A DNA stretch of 64,000 nucleotides from Candidatus Zixiibacteriota bacterium. Its GTDB lineage: Bacteria; RBG-13-66-14; B26-G2; WVWN01. The DNA is taken from positions 64,001-128,000 of the forward strand of contig JASFLY010000004.1 in the NCBI GenBank assembly GCA_050117845.1, read 5' to 3'. The notes under the pieces were generated by a model. It saw only the letters and a program-made list of their open reading frames with translations. It searched no databases and was not told where the DNA came from. Shown here one piece after another: positions 1 through 9,056 of the stretch; within the stretch, counting starts at the first letter, position 1, and each line of letters begins with the position of its first letter. Made by a program: the position numbers and the translations under genes.

Positions 1-354
1 GACGTCCAGCCCCGCGTTCTTGTCGGGCTGGGTGGGGCCGGCGCCGGACGAACCGTCGTTCTTCTTGTAGCTGAAGCCGCCGAAGCTAAGGTCGCCGCCG
101 AGGTCTCCCGCGACGAAGGTCTCCTTGAAGAGGTGGAAGTCCGCCGGGTTCGCCTCGTACGCACGGAAGATGTTCTGTTCGGCGTAGAAGTCGAAGCGGA
201 GGCCGGCGTCGAAGGCCGGGTAGACGGTACTCTGAACGGGGGCCGCCGGCGCAGGGGTGGGGGGCGCCGGCTCGGGTTCGGTAACCGGGGGCGTGTCCTG
301 CGCGGCCGCGACGGCGGCGCAGAGGATAAAAAAGCCGTACGTTAACGAGCGCAT
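1..354 (-). CDS. Secreted hypothetical protein (N-terminal part; runs off the window start)
   Basis: Not in the ORF track. Read by eye from ATG at 354 (GGAGAGGTGAGG upstream): MRSLTYGFFILCAAVAAAQDTPPVTEPEPAPPTPAPAAPVQSTVYPAFDAGLRFDFY... Signal peptide then Pro-rich linker; open to position 1. Confidence 0.8.
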   Translation of the reverse strand, partial: MRSLTYGFFILCAAVAAAQDTPPVTEPEPAPPTPAPAAPVQSTVYPAFDAGLRFDFYAEQNIFRAYEANPADFHLFKETFVAGDLGGDLSFGGFSYKKNDGSSGAGPTQPDKNAGLDV

Positions 355-399
355 CCTCACCTCTCCGCGGGTTGCCTCGCTTACGTTGAAGGTGTATTA

Positions 400-473
400 T
401 GGGCCCACCAGGATTCGAACCTGGGACCGACCGGTTATGAGCCGGTGGCTCTAGCCAACTGAGCTATGGGCCC
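400..473 (-). tRNA. tRNA with CAU anticodon, most likely tRNA-Ile2 (lysidine type); CCA not encoded
   Basis: Minus strand GGGCCCATAGCTCAGTTGGCTAGAGCCACCGGCTCATAACCGGTCGGTCCCAGGTTCGAATCCTGGTGGGCCCA forms a full cloverleaf. The GGGCCCA acceptor stem resembles Ile2 more than Met tRNAs. Confidence 0.92.
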
Positions 474-488
474 ATTTCTCCAAGTGCC

Positions 489-518
489 AGTATACGGCGG
501 CCGCCGGCCTTTTGTCAA
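489..518 (-). promoter_or_regulatory. Sigma70-type promoter for the tRNA
   Basis: Minus strand TTGACA-18 nt-TATACT just upstream of the tRNA 5' end. Confidence 0.75.
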
Positions 519-594
519 GATATTTTTAATGGTATTCGTAACCTGTGGGGCCTTAAACATGTATCAACGCGGCGCTTGTGGCCTCCGATTAGGC

Positions 595-622
595 AAAAAA
601 GCCCGCCGGTGAACGCGGCGGG
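595..622 (-). terminator. Intrinsic terminator after beta-barrel gene 648-1241
   Basis: CCCGCCG/CGGCGGG stem followed by T6 on the minus strand. Confidence 0.75.
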
Positions 623-647
623 ATGTTTTGTTTTTAACAATCGGGGT

Positions 648-1241
648 TCAGAAAAAGTAATTGAACCCCACGTCGAAATTCAGAAGCTGACTACGTTCTC
701 CCGCTCGTTCGAGGATAATCGTTTCGAATACGACCGCCGGATTGTCAAACAAATACGTGTAACGTGGGCCGGCCTCGATGGCCATGTTATCGGTTACGAA
801 GTATCGGCATCCGAAGCCGGCGTAAAGGCCGGGCGCTACGTCTACCGACATCTCGCAAGCGTAATCGGTAAATTCGAACGCGGCCGCGGCCCCGGCGCTT
901 ACGTATGGAACGAACGCCGCAAGAGGAAAGCCGTAATCCATCCCCGCACGCAACATTAGGATCGGGATTTCGTCGAAATAAGCGTAACCAAGCAAATCGG
1001 GGACGACGTGGGGCGCTTCGCGGTATTTATATTTAGCGTACCCGCCACCAAACGAGAGTGTCCAATTCTCGTTAATACCTAAATTGAAAGCTCCTGCGAC
1101 GCCGAACGGTTTTAACTCGTTAACTTCCGTCGCCGCTCCCATCGCCATCCCGGGGGAGTAGAAGGCGGCGACGCCGACGTCCAGCGCCGTCACGGAGGCC
1201 GCGAGGGCGAATATGCAACTCGCGATAATTAGTTTGCGCAT
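648..1241 (-). CDS. Small outer-membrane beta-barrel protein (OmpW/OmpA-membrane-domain-like), paralog 1
   Basis: Signal peptide, amphipathic strands, PYVSAG motif, C-terminal beta-signal GFNYFF; GGAGG RBS. Confidence 0.8.
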   Translation of the reverse strand: MRKLIIASCIFALAASVTALDVGVAAFYSPGMAMGAATEVNELKPFGVAGAFNLGINENWTLSFGGGYAKYKYREAPHVVPDLLGYAYFDEIPILMLRAGMDYGFPLAAFVPYVSAGAAAAFEFTDYACEMSVDVAPGLYAGFGCRYFVTDNMAIEAGPRYTYLFDNPAVVFETIILERAGERSQLLNFDVGFNYFF

Positions 1242-1354
1242 GGTACTATATCCTCCCGTAAATATTGTTAGTCCTTTTTTGCGATTTAATAATACGGCCG
1301 GGCCGAACCGATGTCAACCGCTATAGGCCCGGGCGCCCGTTCTCAGTATCCCAT

Positions 1355-1382
1355 AATAAAGCCCGCCGGCGATGCGGCGGGC
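1355..1382 (-). terminator. Intrinsic terminator after beta-barrel gene 1404-2033
   Basis: GCCCGCCG/CGGCGGGC stem then TTTATT; same stem sequence as the 595-622 terminator. Confidence 0.65.
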
Positions 1383-1403
1383 CCGTTCTAATTGGCGAAC
1401 CGT

Positions 1404-2033
1404 TTAGATGTTAAAATTTATACCCACCATGAATTCCACCAGCTGGCTGTGGTCCTCGGACCGGACGAAGTCGTTCTCGTTCCAGCCGTCGTACTCCACG
1501 ACCGGCTCGTCGAAGACGTACGTATAGCGCGGCGCCGCCTCCACGGACCACCGGCCGCCGAGGCCGTAGCGCACTCCTCCCTGAAAGTAAACGCCGGGGT
1601 ACCAGTCGGTGGTGCTGTGGCCGTACGCTGCCGCTCGCTCGCGGACGAACGCGCCCCCTCCGCCGACGTACGGCCTGACGGCGCCGAGGGGGAATTCGTA
1701 ATCGGCGCCGGCCGTGAAGATCCACGTCGGTATCGATAGCACCATGTCGACCTCGGGGAACGTCATGTAGCCCTCCATGTTGCGGTAGGTGAAATCGTTG
1801 TACCCCAGGCCGAAGGCCAGCTCGAGGCCATCGTAAACGCCCATCGTAACGCGCCCCTTGAAGCCGCCGGCGTCGAACTCGCCGCCGCCACCGATCCCTT
1901 CCGACTTCCCGAGGCCGGTGGCGTCGCCGTAGACCCGGCCGGGGGCGTAGAACGCGCCGGCGCTCAGGTCCAGCGAGGCCGCGACGCCGGCCAGGGCGAC
2001 GACGGAAAACCCGATAACTATTATCCGCAACAT
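1404..2033 (-). CDS. Small outer-membrane beta-barrel protein (OmpW/OmpA-membrane-domain-like), paralog 2
   Basis: Signal peptide, RPYVGGG. Shares FYxPG, DYxFPL, PGxY, EAxPRYTYxFDxPxV and SQL with the 648-1241 product. AGGAGG RBS. Confidence 0.82.
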   Translation of the reverse strand: MLRIIVIGFSVVALAGVAASLDLSAGAFYAPGRVYGDATGLGKSEGIGGGGEFDAGGFKGRVTMGVYDGLELAFGLGYNDFTYRNMEGYMTFPEVDMVLSIPTWIFTAGADYEFPLGAVRPYVGGGGAFVRERAAAYGHSTTDWYPGVYFQGGVRYGLGGRWSVEAAPRYTYVFDEPVVEYDGWNENDFVRSEDHSQLVEFMVGINFNI

Positions 2034-2183
2034 ATGACATCCTCCTCTATTAATATCCCGACTGCTTGTCGGTCACGCCCATGATTATACTCCTGCCCGG
2101 AGAACAAATCAATACGACGCCTTTCCCGGATTACGGCGAGCCCCGGGGGCGTTTTTTTTTAAAGTATATGTTAGAATGGCGCG

Positions 2184-4268
2184 ATGGTGACGGCCGCCGA
2201 CATCGCCCGGGAGGCCGCGGCCTTCGCCCGCGACGCCCACGCCGGCCAGGAGCGCCTCTCCGGCCATCCCTATTTCGACCACGCCGCCGCGACGGCCGAA
2301 ATAGTGGCCGCGTTGGGCCTGGATGACGTTACCGTGGCCGCGGCCTACCTCCACGACGTCCTCGAGGAGACCGACGTCCCCGCGGCCGAACTCGAACGGC
2401 GCTTCGGCGAAGACGTCCGGGGCCTGGTCGAAGCGGTCACTAATCTCCAGCGTCTCGACTTCGCCTCCGAGGCCGAATACAAGCGAGCCAACCTGATGAA
2501 AATGTTGCTCGCGATGGCGGGCGACGTCCGCGTCGTGATGATAAAGATAGCCGACCGGCTGGACAACCTGCGCTCGCTGGAGCACCTGCCGCCGGGGCGG
2601 CGGCGCCGCTTCGCCCGGGAGACGCTCTACGTCTTCGCCCCGCTCGCCGACCGGCTGGGGCTGGGCCACATCCGCTGGGAACTGGAGGACCTGTCCTTCC
2701 GCCACCTCGAACCCGGGCGCTACCGCAAACTGGCGGAGATGGTGGCGGCGCGCCGGGCCGCCCGCGACGCCCGCGTGGCCGAGGTCGTGCGGGAACTGCG
2801 GGAGGCGCTCGCGCGGGAGGGCCTCGAGGCCGAGGTGACGGGCCGGGCCAAGAACCTCTACAGCGTCCACCGCAAGATGGCCGCCGACGGCAAGAGTTTC
2901 GAGGACGTGTACGACCTGTTGGGCGTGCGCGTCGTGACCGGCGGCGTGGCCGACTGCTACCGCGTGCTCGACGTCGTTCACGGCCGGTACGAGCGCCTGC
3001 CCGGCCGCTACAAGGATTACGTCGCGCGGCCCAAGGCCAACCTTTACCAGTCCATCCATACGTCCGTCCGCCTGCCGGGCGGGGACGCGGTCGAGATCCA
3101 GATTCGGACGCGGGAGATGGACGCCGTCGCGGAGTACGGCGTCGCGGCGCACTGGCGCTACAAGAGGCCCGGCGGCTGCCGCGACTGGGGCGATTTGCCG
3201 GCGCTGGCGGTCATGCGCTCGGCCCTGGGGACGATGGGCCGGGCGCCGGGCCAGGGGCGCCTCGAGGCGCTCTTCGCCGACCTCTCCAAGGGGGACGTCT
3301 TCGTCTTCACGCCCCGTGGCGACGTCAAACGTTTGCCCCGGGGGGCCACGCCGGTCGACTTCGCGTACGCCGTCCATACCGCCGTGGGGCACCGCTGCGT
3401 GGGCGCCCGGGTCAACGGCCGGCTGGCGCCGCTCCGCACGGCGCTCGAGTCGGGCGACGTGGTCGAGGTCCAGACGGGCGCGAACTCCGTGCCCAGCCGG
3501 GACTGGCTGGACTTCGTCGCGAGTTCGGCCGCCCGCAACAAGATCCGCGCGTTCTTCCGGCGCAAGGACCGGCGGGAGCTCGCGGCGCTGGGCCGCCAGC
3601 TTATCACCCGCGCCGCGGAGAAGCGGGGTATCCGGCCGGCCGACGTCCTGGCCGACGAGGCTCTGGCCGAACTGGCCCGGAGCCGGGGCCTGCCCTCGGC
3701 CGAGGGGTTGTTGGCCCGCGTCGGCGACGGCGCGCTCTCGGCCGAGGCGGTGGTAAGCGCTGCGGCCCCCGCCCCCGCCGAACCGCCGCCCCTGCCGGCC
3801 GCCGGCCTGCCCGATTACCGGGCCTTCGTGGCCGTCAGCGGGATGCGTCACGTGGAAGTGAAGATGGCGCGCTGCTGCAACCCCATTCCGGTCGCGCCCA
3901 TCGTGGGCTACGTCACGAGCCGGGGGGCGGTCTCGATCCACCGGGCCGACTGCCCGACGGTCCGGCGCTTGGGTTCGGCCGCCCGCCTGCTGGAGGCCAA
4001 CTGGCAACTCGAGGACGACGTGACCGGCGTCGGCTACCTGGACGTCACCGTCGAGGGCGGTGAGGCGGCGATGCCGGAACTCGTGCGCCGGGTGCGCCGT
4101 ACGGGCCTGCGCGTCGCGGGGCTGGACGCCGAGGATCTGTCGCCCGGCAAGTCGAGGTGCACGCTGCACGTGCGGCTGGCGACGCCGGCCCGCCTCAAGC
4201 GCGCGGCCAAGGAGCTGCGCGGCCTCGACTTCGTGTCTTCCGTAGAACACCGTTTATGCCGGTCCTGA
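2184..4268 (+). CDS. rel: Long RelA/SpoT homologue, (p)ppGpp synthetase/hydrolase
   Basis: HD domain (HAGQERLSGHPYFDH, LHDVLE, IKIADRLDN), synthetase (GRAKNLYS, KDY, YQSIHT, EIQIRT), TGS (FTPRG, TPVDFAY), zinc finger (ARCCNPIP, IHRADC), ACT-like end. Confidence 0.95.
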   Translation: MVTAADIAREAAAFARDAHAGQERLSGHPYFDHAAATAEIVAALGLDDVTVAAAYLHDVLEETDVPAAELERRFGEDVRGLVEAVTNLQRLDFASEAEYKRANLMKMLLAMAGDVRVVMIKIADRLDNLRSLEHLPPGRRRRFARETLYVFAPLADRLGLGHIRWELEDLSFRHLEPGRYRKLAEMVAARRAARDARVAEVVRELREALAREGLEAEVTGRAKNLYSVHRKMAADGKSFEDVYDLLGVRVVTGGVADCYRVLDVVHGRYERLPGRYKDYVARPKANLYQSIHTSVRLPGGDAVEIQIRTREMDAVAEYGVAAHWRYKRPGGCRDWGDLPALAVMRSALGTMGRAPGQGRLEALFADLSKGDVFVFTPRGDVKRLPRGATPVDFAYAVHTAVGHRCVGARVNGRLAPLRTALESGDVVEVQTGANSVPSRDWLDFVASSAARNKIRAFFRRKDRRELAALGRQLITRAAEKRGIRPADVLADEALAELARSRGLPSAEGLLARVGDGALSAEAVVSAAAPAPAEPPPLPAAGLPDYRAFVAVSGMRHVEVKMARCCNPIPVAPIVGYVTSRGAVSIHRADCPTVRRLGSAARLLEANWQLEDDVTGVGYLDVTVEGGEAAMPELVRRVRRTGLRVAGLDAEDLSPGKSRCTLHVRLATPARLKRAAKELRGLDFVSSVEHRLCRS

Positions 4269-4278
4269 GGAGAGTATC

Positions 4279-5112
4279 GTGAACCAGGAGAACATTTACG
4301 AACCGGAACGACTCGCCGGCCCGGCCGGTGCCCTCTGGCTCGACCGGGTGGGCGCCTTCGAGGGCGTGCGCGCGGCCTTCACCACCGTGGAGACGTTGAA
4401 TCATCCGCCGGTCGCCGGTTTCCCCGGGCCGGTGCGAGACCCGGACGGCTCCATCGACGAGGAGTACGTGGCCCGGCTGGCCGCGACGGTGGGCTTCGCG
4501 TACGGCCGGCTGGCGACCTGCCGCCAGGTGCACGGGACGGATGTCCGGCGCGTGGCCGAGGCCGAGCGCCGCTGGTACGACGCCTGCGACGGCCTGGTTA
4601 CCGAGACGCCGGGCGCGCCGCTCGCCGTCTTCACGGCGGACTGCGTGCCGATTGTGATGTGGGCCCCGGTGGCCGGGACGCTCGCCGTCCTGCATGCCGG
4701 GTGGCGCGGGACCCTCGAAAAGATCGTGGCCGCGGGCGTCTCGGCCATGGCCGAGAACCCGGCGGCGCGGCCGCAGGAGATAATGGTGTTTCTGGGGCCC
4801 GCGGTGGGGCCGTGTTGCTACCCGGTGGGGGAGGACGTGTGCCGGGCGGCGAACGACGCCTTCGGCCGGCGGGCGGGCCAGGTGCTCATAGAGGACGCCG
4901 GGCGGGTGTGCCTCGATCTGTACCGGGCCAACGACCTCGCGGCCCAGGAGGCCGGCGTGCTCCCCGAGAACGTTTACGGCGTCGCGGCCTGCACCTCCTG
5001 CCGAAGTGACCTCTTCGCGTCGTACCGGCGGGAGGGCGACGCGGCCGGTCGGATGATGGCCGTGGCCTCCATCGAGGACGAAACGCGGCCGCGGCCGGAG
5101 GGCGATGCTTAA
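4279..5112 (+). CDS. pgeF: PgeF/YfiH-family protein (purine nucleoside phosphorylase / peptidoglycan editing factor)
   Basis: QVHG, DGLVT, TADCVPI, HAGWRG, GPAVGPCCY, CTSC, SYRR motifs. Confidence 0.92.
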   Translation: MNQENIYEPERLAGPAGALWLDRVGAFEGVRAAFTTVETLNHPPVAGFPGPVRDPDGSIDEEYVARLAATVGFAYGRLATCRQVHGTDVRRVAEAERRWYDACDGLVTETPGAPLAVFTADCVPIVMWAPVAGTLAVLHAGWRGTLEKIVAAGVSAMAENPAARPQEIMVFLGPAVGPCCYPVGEDVCRAANDAFGRRAGQVLIEDAGRVCLDLYRANDLAAQEAGVLPENVYGVAACTSCRSDLFASYRREGDAAGRMMAVASIEDETRPRPEGDA

Positions 5113-6928
5113 TCCCCGTTTCATCGTCGCGGCCGTCGTGGCGGCCCTCGTCTTCGGCGTCCTCACCTACCGGGTGGCCGACCTCCAGGTCGTGTCCGGC
5201 GACGACTTCTACACGTTGAGCCAGCAGAACCGCCTGCGCCGCGTGCCGGTCCGGGCGCCGCGCGGCCGGATATACGACCGGCGGGGGAACGTCCTCGCGG
5301 AGAGCCGGCCCTCTTACGCGATGCTCTGGATGTTGCCGACGGCGGAGGAGGTCCCGGCCGAGGCGCTGGAGCGCTCGGCGCGCTACCTCAAAAAGACCCC
5401 CGACGAGCTGTTGACCATCATACGGGAGAACCGCGAGTTCCCCTACGAGCCGTCCGAGGTCATCGTCGGCCTCACCCCCGAGCAGACCTTCGCGTTCGAG
5501 GAGGTCCGGGCGACCTACCCGGAGATATCCGTGGCGTCGCGGCCCATGCGCTACTATCCCTGCGGCGCGACGGCCTGCCACCTGCTTGGCTACGTCGGCG
5601 AAATCGGCCCCGAGCGCCTGGCGACGATGAAGGCCCACGGCTACCGGCTGGGCGACACCGTCGGCCTGGCGGGCGCCGAGGATACGTACGAGGAGTACCT
5701 CCGCGGCCGCGACGGCTACGAGACGGTCGAGGTCAACGCGCTGGAAAAGAAGCTCGGCCTGAAATACGAGGAGGAAGTCCAGCCCCCCGCCGCCGGTTAC
5801 GACCTGCACTCGACGCTCGACCTCGGCCTACAGCAGATAGTCGAACGCATGCTCGAGGGACGGCGCGGCGCCATCATCGTGATGGACCCGAACAACGGCG
5901 AGGTGTGGGCCCTCGCCTCCTCTCCCCCCGTGAACCCGAACGACTTCGCCGGCGGCATCGCGTCCGACAAGTGGTCGGCGTACGTCACCGCGCCGGACCA
6001 CCCCCTGCTCAACCGGGCCATCCAGTGCTCGTACCCGCCGGGGTCCACCTTCAAACTCGTCACCGCCACCGCCGCGCTGGAGGAGGGGTTAGTGGTACCG
6101 GGGGAGAAGATGCCGGTGCCGTGCTACGGCGCTTTCCGCTACGGCAACTGGACCTTCCACTGCTGGAACCGGAGCGGCCACGGCCCCCTCGACATAGCCG
6201 GCGGCCTCAAGAATTCGTGCAACGTATTCTTCTTCCAGGTGGGCCTGCGCGTCGGCATCGACAACTTAACGAAATATTCCAGGGTTTACGGGTACGGCTC
6301 GCCGACCGGCATCTCCCTGCCCCACGAGAACGACGGCCTCATCCCCAGCCGGGAACGGCTCGAGAAGAAGTGGGGGAAGAAGTGGCCGCGGGGCGAGGTC
6401 GTGAACAACGCCATCGGCCAGGGGCAGGTGCTGTTGACGCCGGTGCAGGAGATAGTGGCCTTCAGCGCGTTCGCGAACGGCGGCCGACTCTACACGCCGC
6501 GCATCGTGACACACGTCACCGACGCCGACGGCGTCGCCCGGGCGACGTTCCCCCCCGAGGTCCACGGCGAGGTGAAGCTCGACGCGGTTACGCGGAAGAC
6601 GATGCTGCGGGGCCTCATCGGCGTCGTCAACCGCTACGGCGTCAACGCCCACTACCTCGCCGGGAAGACCGGCTCCGCGGAGAACCCCTTCGGCGACACG
6701 CACGCCTGGTTCACGGGCTTCGCCCCGGCGTACGAGCCCAAAGTCGCCGTGTGCATCCTGGTGGAGAACGGCGGCTACGGCGAGTCGTACATCAAGTGGG
6801 CCAAGGAGATTATGGGGTACTGCCGGGAGAACGTCGTCGGCGAGGCCGCGTGGCCGCTGCCCCCGGAAGGGTTGACCCCTAAAGATATGGAGGAGCCTCC
6901 CGCGCCGAAAAAGGAGGAGGCCGAGTAA
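5105..6928 (+). CDS. mrdA: Penicillin-binding protein 2 (class B transpeptidase)
   Basis: N-terminal TM, APRGRIYDR, catalytic STFK, SCN and KTG motifs; directly upstream of rodA. Confidence 0.95.
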   Translation: MLNPRFIVAAVVAALVFGVLTYRVADLQVVSGDDFYTLSQQNRLRRVPVRAPRGRIYDRRGNVLAESRPSYAMLWMLPTAEEVPAEALERSARYLKKTPDELLTIIRENREFPYEPSEVIVGLTPEQTFAFEEVRATYPEISVASRPMRYYPCGATACHLLGYVGEIGPERLATMKAHGYRLGDTVGLAGAEDTYEEYLRGRDGYETVEVNALEKKLGLKYEEEVQPPAAGYDLHSTLDLGLQQIVERMLEGRRGAIIVMDPNNGEVWALASSPPVNPNDFAGGIASDKWSAYVTAPDHPLLNRAIQCSYPPGSTFKLVTATAALEEGLVVPGEKMPVPCYGAFRYGNWTFHCWNRSGHGPLDIAGGLKNSCNVFFFQVGLRVGIDNLTKYSRVYGYGSPTGISLPHENDGLIPSRERLEKKWGKKWPRGEVVNNAIGQGQVLLTPVQEIVAFSAFANGGRLYTPRIVTHVTDADGVARATFPPEVHGEVKLDAVTRKTMLRGLIGVVNRYGVNAHYLAGKTGSAENPFGDTHAWFTGFAPAYEPKVAVCILVENGGYGESYIKWAKEIMGYCRENVVGEAAWPLPPEGLTPKDMEEPPAPKKEEAE

Positions 6929-8166
6929 TGGGCCGCGTGCGGGCGCTGGGGCGCCGCGTGGATTTGCCCATATTGGGCGCAACGCTGCTACTCAGCGTGG
7001 CGGGGCTGGCCGCCGTCTATTCCGCGGCGGGCGGGGGAGATTATTTTTGGAAACAACTTCTATGGGTCGGCCTCGGGTGGGGCGTGCTGGCCCTCGCCGT
7101 GGCCGTGCCCTACCGCTTCATCGTTAAATATTCCTGGATCGCGTACGTCCTCGTCCTCGTCGCGCTGGGGATACTCGCCGCCCGGGCGCTGCTGCACGGC
7201 GGCGCCGCGCACCGCTGGTTGTCCCTCGGCTTCTTCCAGTTCCAACCGTCCGAACTCGCGAAGATAACGACCATACTCGGCCTGGCCCTCGTCCTCGAGA
7301 TGTTCCCCCGGCTGGAGGGCATCCCGCACTTCGCGTTGCCCATCGCCGTGGCCGCGGTGCCGGCGGTCCTCATCGCCGCCGAGCCCGACCTGGGAACGGC
7401 CGCGGTCTTCGTGCCGCTCCTCTTCGCCTGCCTTTACCGGGCCGGCGCGCCCTTCGCCTACCTGTTCCTCTTCATGGCGCCGATGGCCGCGCTCTTCGTC
7501 TCGTTCAAGCTGACCGCTTTTTTAATATTCCTCGGCGTCGTCGCCGTCGTGGCGCTCGTGGCCCGGGCTCGCTGGTGGGAGCGCGTGGCCTTCTTCGCCG
7601 CCAGCGTGCTGGCCGGCGCCGCCACGCCTATAATGTGGGGCCTCCTCAAGGATTACCAGAAGGAGCGTATCCTGTCCTTCCTCTCGCCCACGGCCGACCC
7701 CCGCGGCGCGGGGTACTCCATCATCCAGGCCAAGATAGCACTGGGCTCGGGGCGGATTTTCGGGAAGGGATTCCTTTCCGGGAGTCAGGTCCACTCCGGC
7801 TTCGTGCCCGAGGGCCACACCGACTTCGTCTTCCCGGCCTGGGGCGAGGAGTGGGGCTTCGTCGGCTGCATGCTCGTCATCATACTCTTCGCCGTCATCG
7901 TCTTCCGGTCGTTCCTCATCGCGTACCGGGCGGCGGACACGCGGGGGGGCGTGCTGGCCTTCGGCCTGGGGACCCTCTTCTTCGCGCAGTTCGCCGTCAA
8001 CGCCGCGATGGCGGTGGGCCTGATACCGGTGACCGGCCTGCCGCTGCCGTTCCTCTCGTACGGCGGCTCGGCGACGATAGCGTCGTTTCTCGCGATAGGT
8101 TTGATTCTGAACGTGAAACTGCGGCGGGAGCGGGTCGCGGAACAGCTGCGCCTCTTCGGCTACTGA
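6928..8166 (+). CDS. rodA: Rod shape-determining SEDS glycosyltransferase RodA
   Basis: Multi-TM, FQPSELAK, EPDLGT, HTDFVF, GEEWGF, PVTGLPLPFLSYGGS. Confidence 0.95.
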   Translation: MGRVRALGRRVDLPILGATLLLSVAGLAAVYSAAGGGDYFWKQLLWVGLGWGVLALAVAVPYRFIVKYSWIAYVLVLVALGILAARALLHGGAAHRWLSLGFFQFQPSELAKITTILGLALVLEMFPRLEGIPHFALPIAVAAVPAVLIAAEPDLGTAAVFVPLLFACLYRAGAPFAYLFLFMAPMAALFVSFKLTAFLIFLGVVAVVALVARARWWERVAFFAASVLAGAATPIMWGLLKDYQKERILSFLSPTADPRGAGYSIIQAKIALGSGRIFGKGFLSGSQVHSGFVPEGHTDFVFPAWGEEWGFVGCMLVIILFAVIVFRSFLIAYRAADTRGGVLAFGLGTLFFAQFAVNAAMAVGLIPVTGLPLPFLSYGGSATIASFLAIGLILNVKLRRERVAEQLRLFGY

Positions 8167-9056
8167 CCCTCCGACGACCCTTTTACGAAAGCCTCGATCC
8201 AGGCGGTCGTGGCGTCCCCCTCTTTCCCGATATCGAAAATAATCGAACCGTGGTGCTTGCCGGCCACCTTCACCGCCGGCGCGTCCACGCCCCACGCCCC
8301 CAGCGCCCCCGACAGCCGGTAGGCCTGCCGGCCCATGTGGGGCACTTCGTATTCCCCGTATAATAATAAAAACGGCGGCGCGTCGGCCCGGGCGTAGGTC
8401 GGCGCCGAGGCCGCGGGCCACGCGGCCGGGTCGTCGCCGAACGTCGGACGGACGTAATAGAAGCGGGCGAACAGCGAGGGGATGCCGTCGTCCTCGGCCA
8501 GGTACGCCGCGTCGTACGGGCCGCTGAGGCCGACGACGCCGCGCACCGCCTCCGGCGGCAAGCCCTCCGCCGCGAGGAAGCGCCGGTCGAGCGCGACGAG
8601 CGACACCAGGTGCGCGCCGGCGGAGTGGCCGCAGAGGAAGACGCGATCCGGGTCGCCGCCGTAGTCGCCGGTGTTCCGGTACGTCCACGCGACCGCCCGC
8701 GCCACGTCCTCGGCCGCGGCCGGGTGTTTGAACTCCGGCGCCAGCCGGTACGTCGTCACGACGACGCCGATGCCCCGCCGCGCCAGCCCTTCGCCCACCT
8801 TATAATACGCGTTGAGGAATCCGTCCTTGTAGCCGTGGCGCCAGCCGCCGCCGTGCACGAAGACGACCACGGGGAAGTCCTTCTCCCCGGCGGGAAGGTA
8901 GAGGTCGAGGAGGTGCTTTCTGGCGTCGCGGCCCGGGCCGTCGTAGTAGCTGATGTTTTTATAAACGACGACGTCGTCGGCCTGCTTGCGGCACGCCGAA
9001 AGAAGCGCCGCGAGGGCGACGGCGAGCGTTAGTAGCGCGTAGCGAGCGGGCCTCAC
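8160..9056 (-). CDS. Alpha/beta hydrolase (carboxylesterase/lipase family) lipoprotein
   Basis: Lipobox LSAC, HGGGW oxyanion motif, GHSAG nucleophile elbow. Confidence 0.9.
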   Translation of the reverse strand: MRPARYALLTLAVALAALLSACRKQADDVVVYKNISYYDGPGRDARKHLLDLYLPAGEKDFPVVVFVHGGGWRHGYKDGFLNAYYKVGEGLARRGIGVVVTTYRLAPEFKHPAAAEDVARAVAWTYRNTGDYGGDPDRVFLCGHSAGAHLVSLVALDRRFLAAEGLPPEAVRGVVGLSGPYDAAYLAEDDGIPSLFARFYYVRPTFGDDPAAWPAASAPTYARADAPPFLLLYGEYEVPHMGRQAYRLSGALGAWGVDAPAVKVAGKHHGSIIFDIGKEGDATTAWIEAFVKGSSEGQ

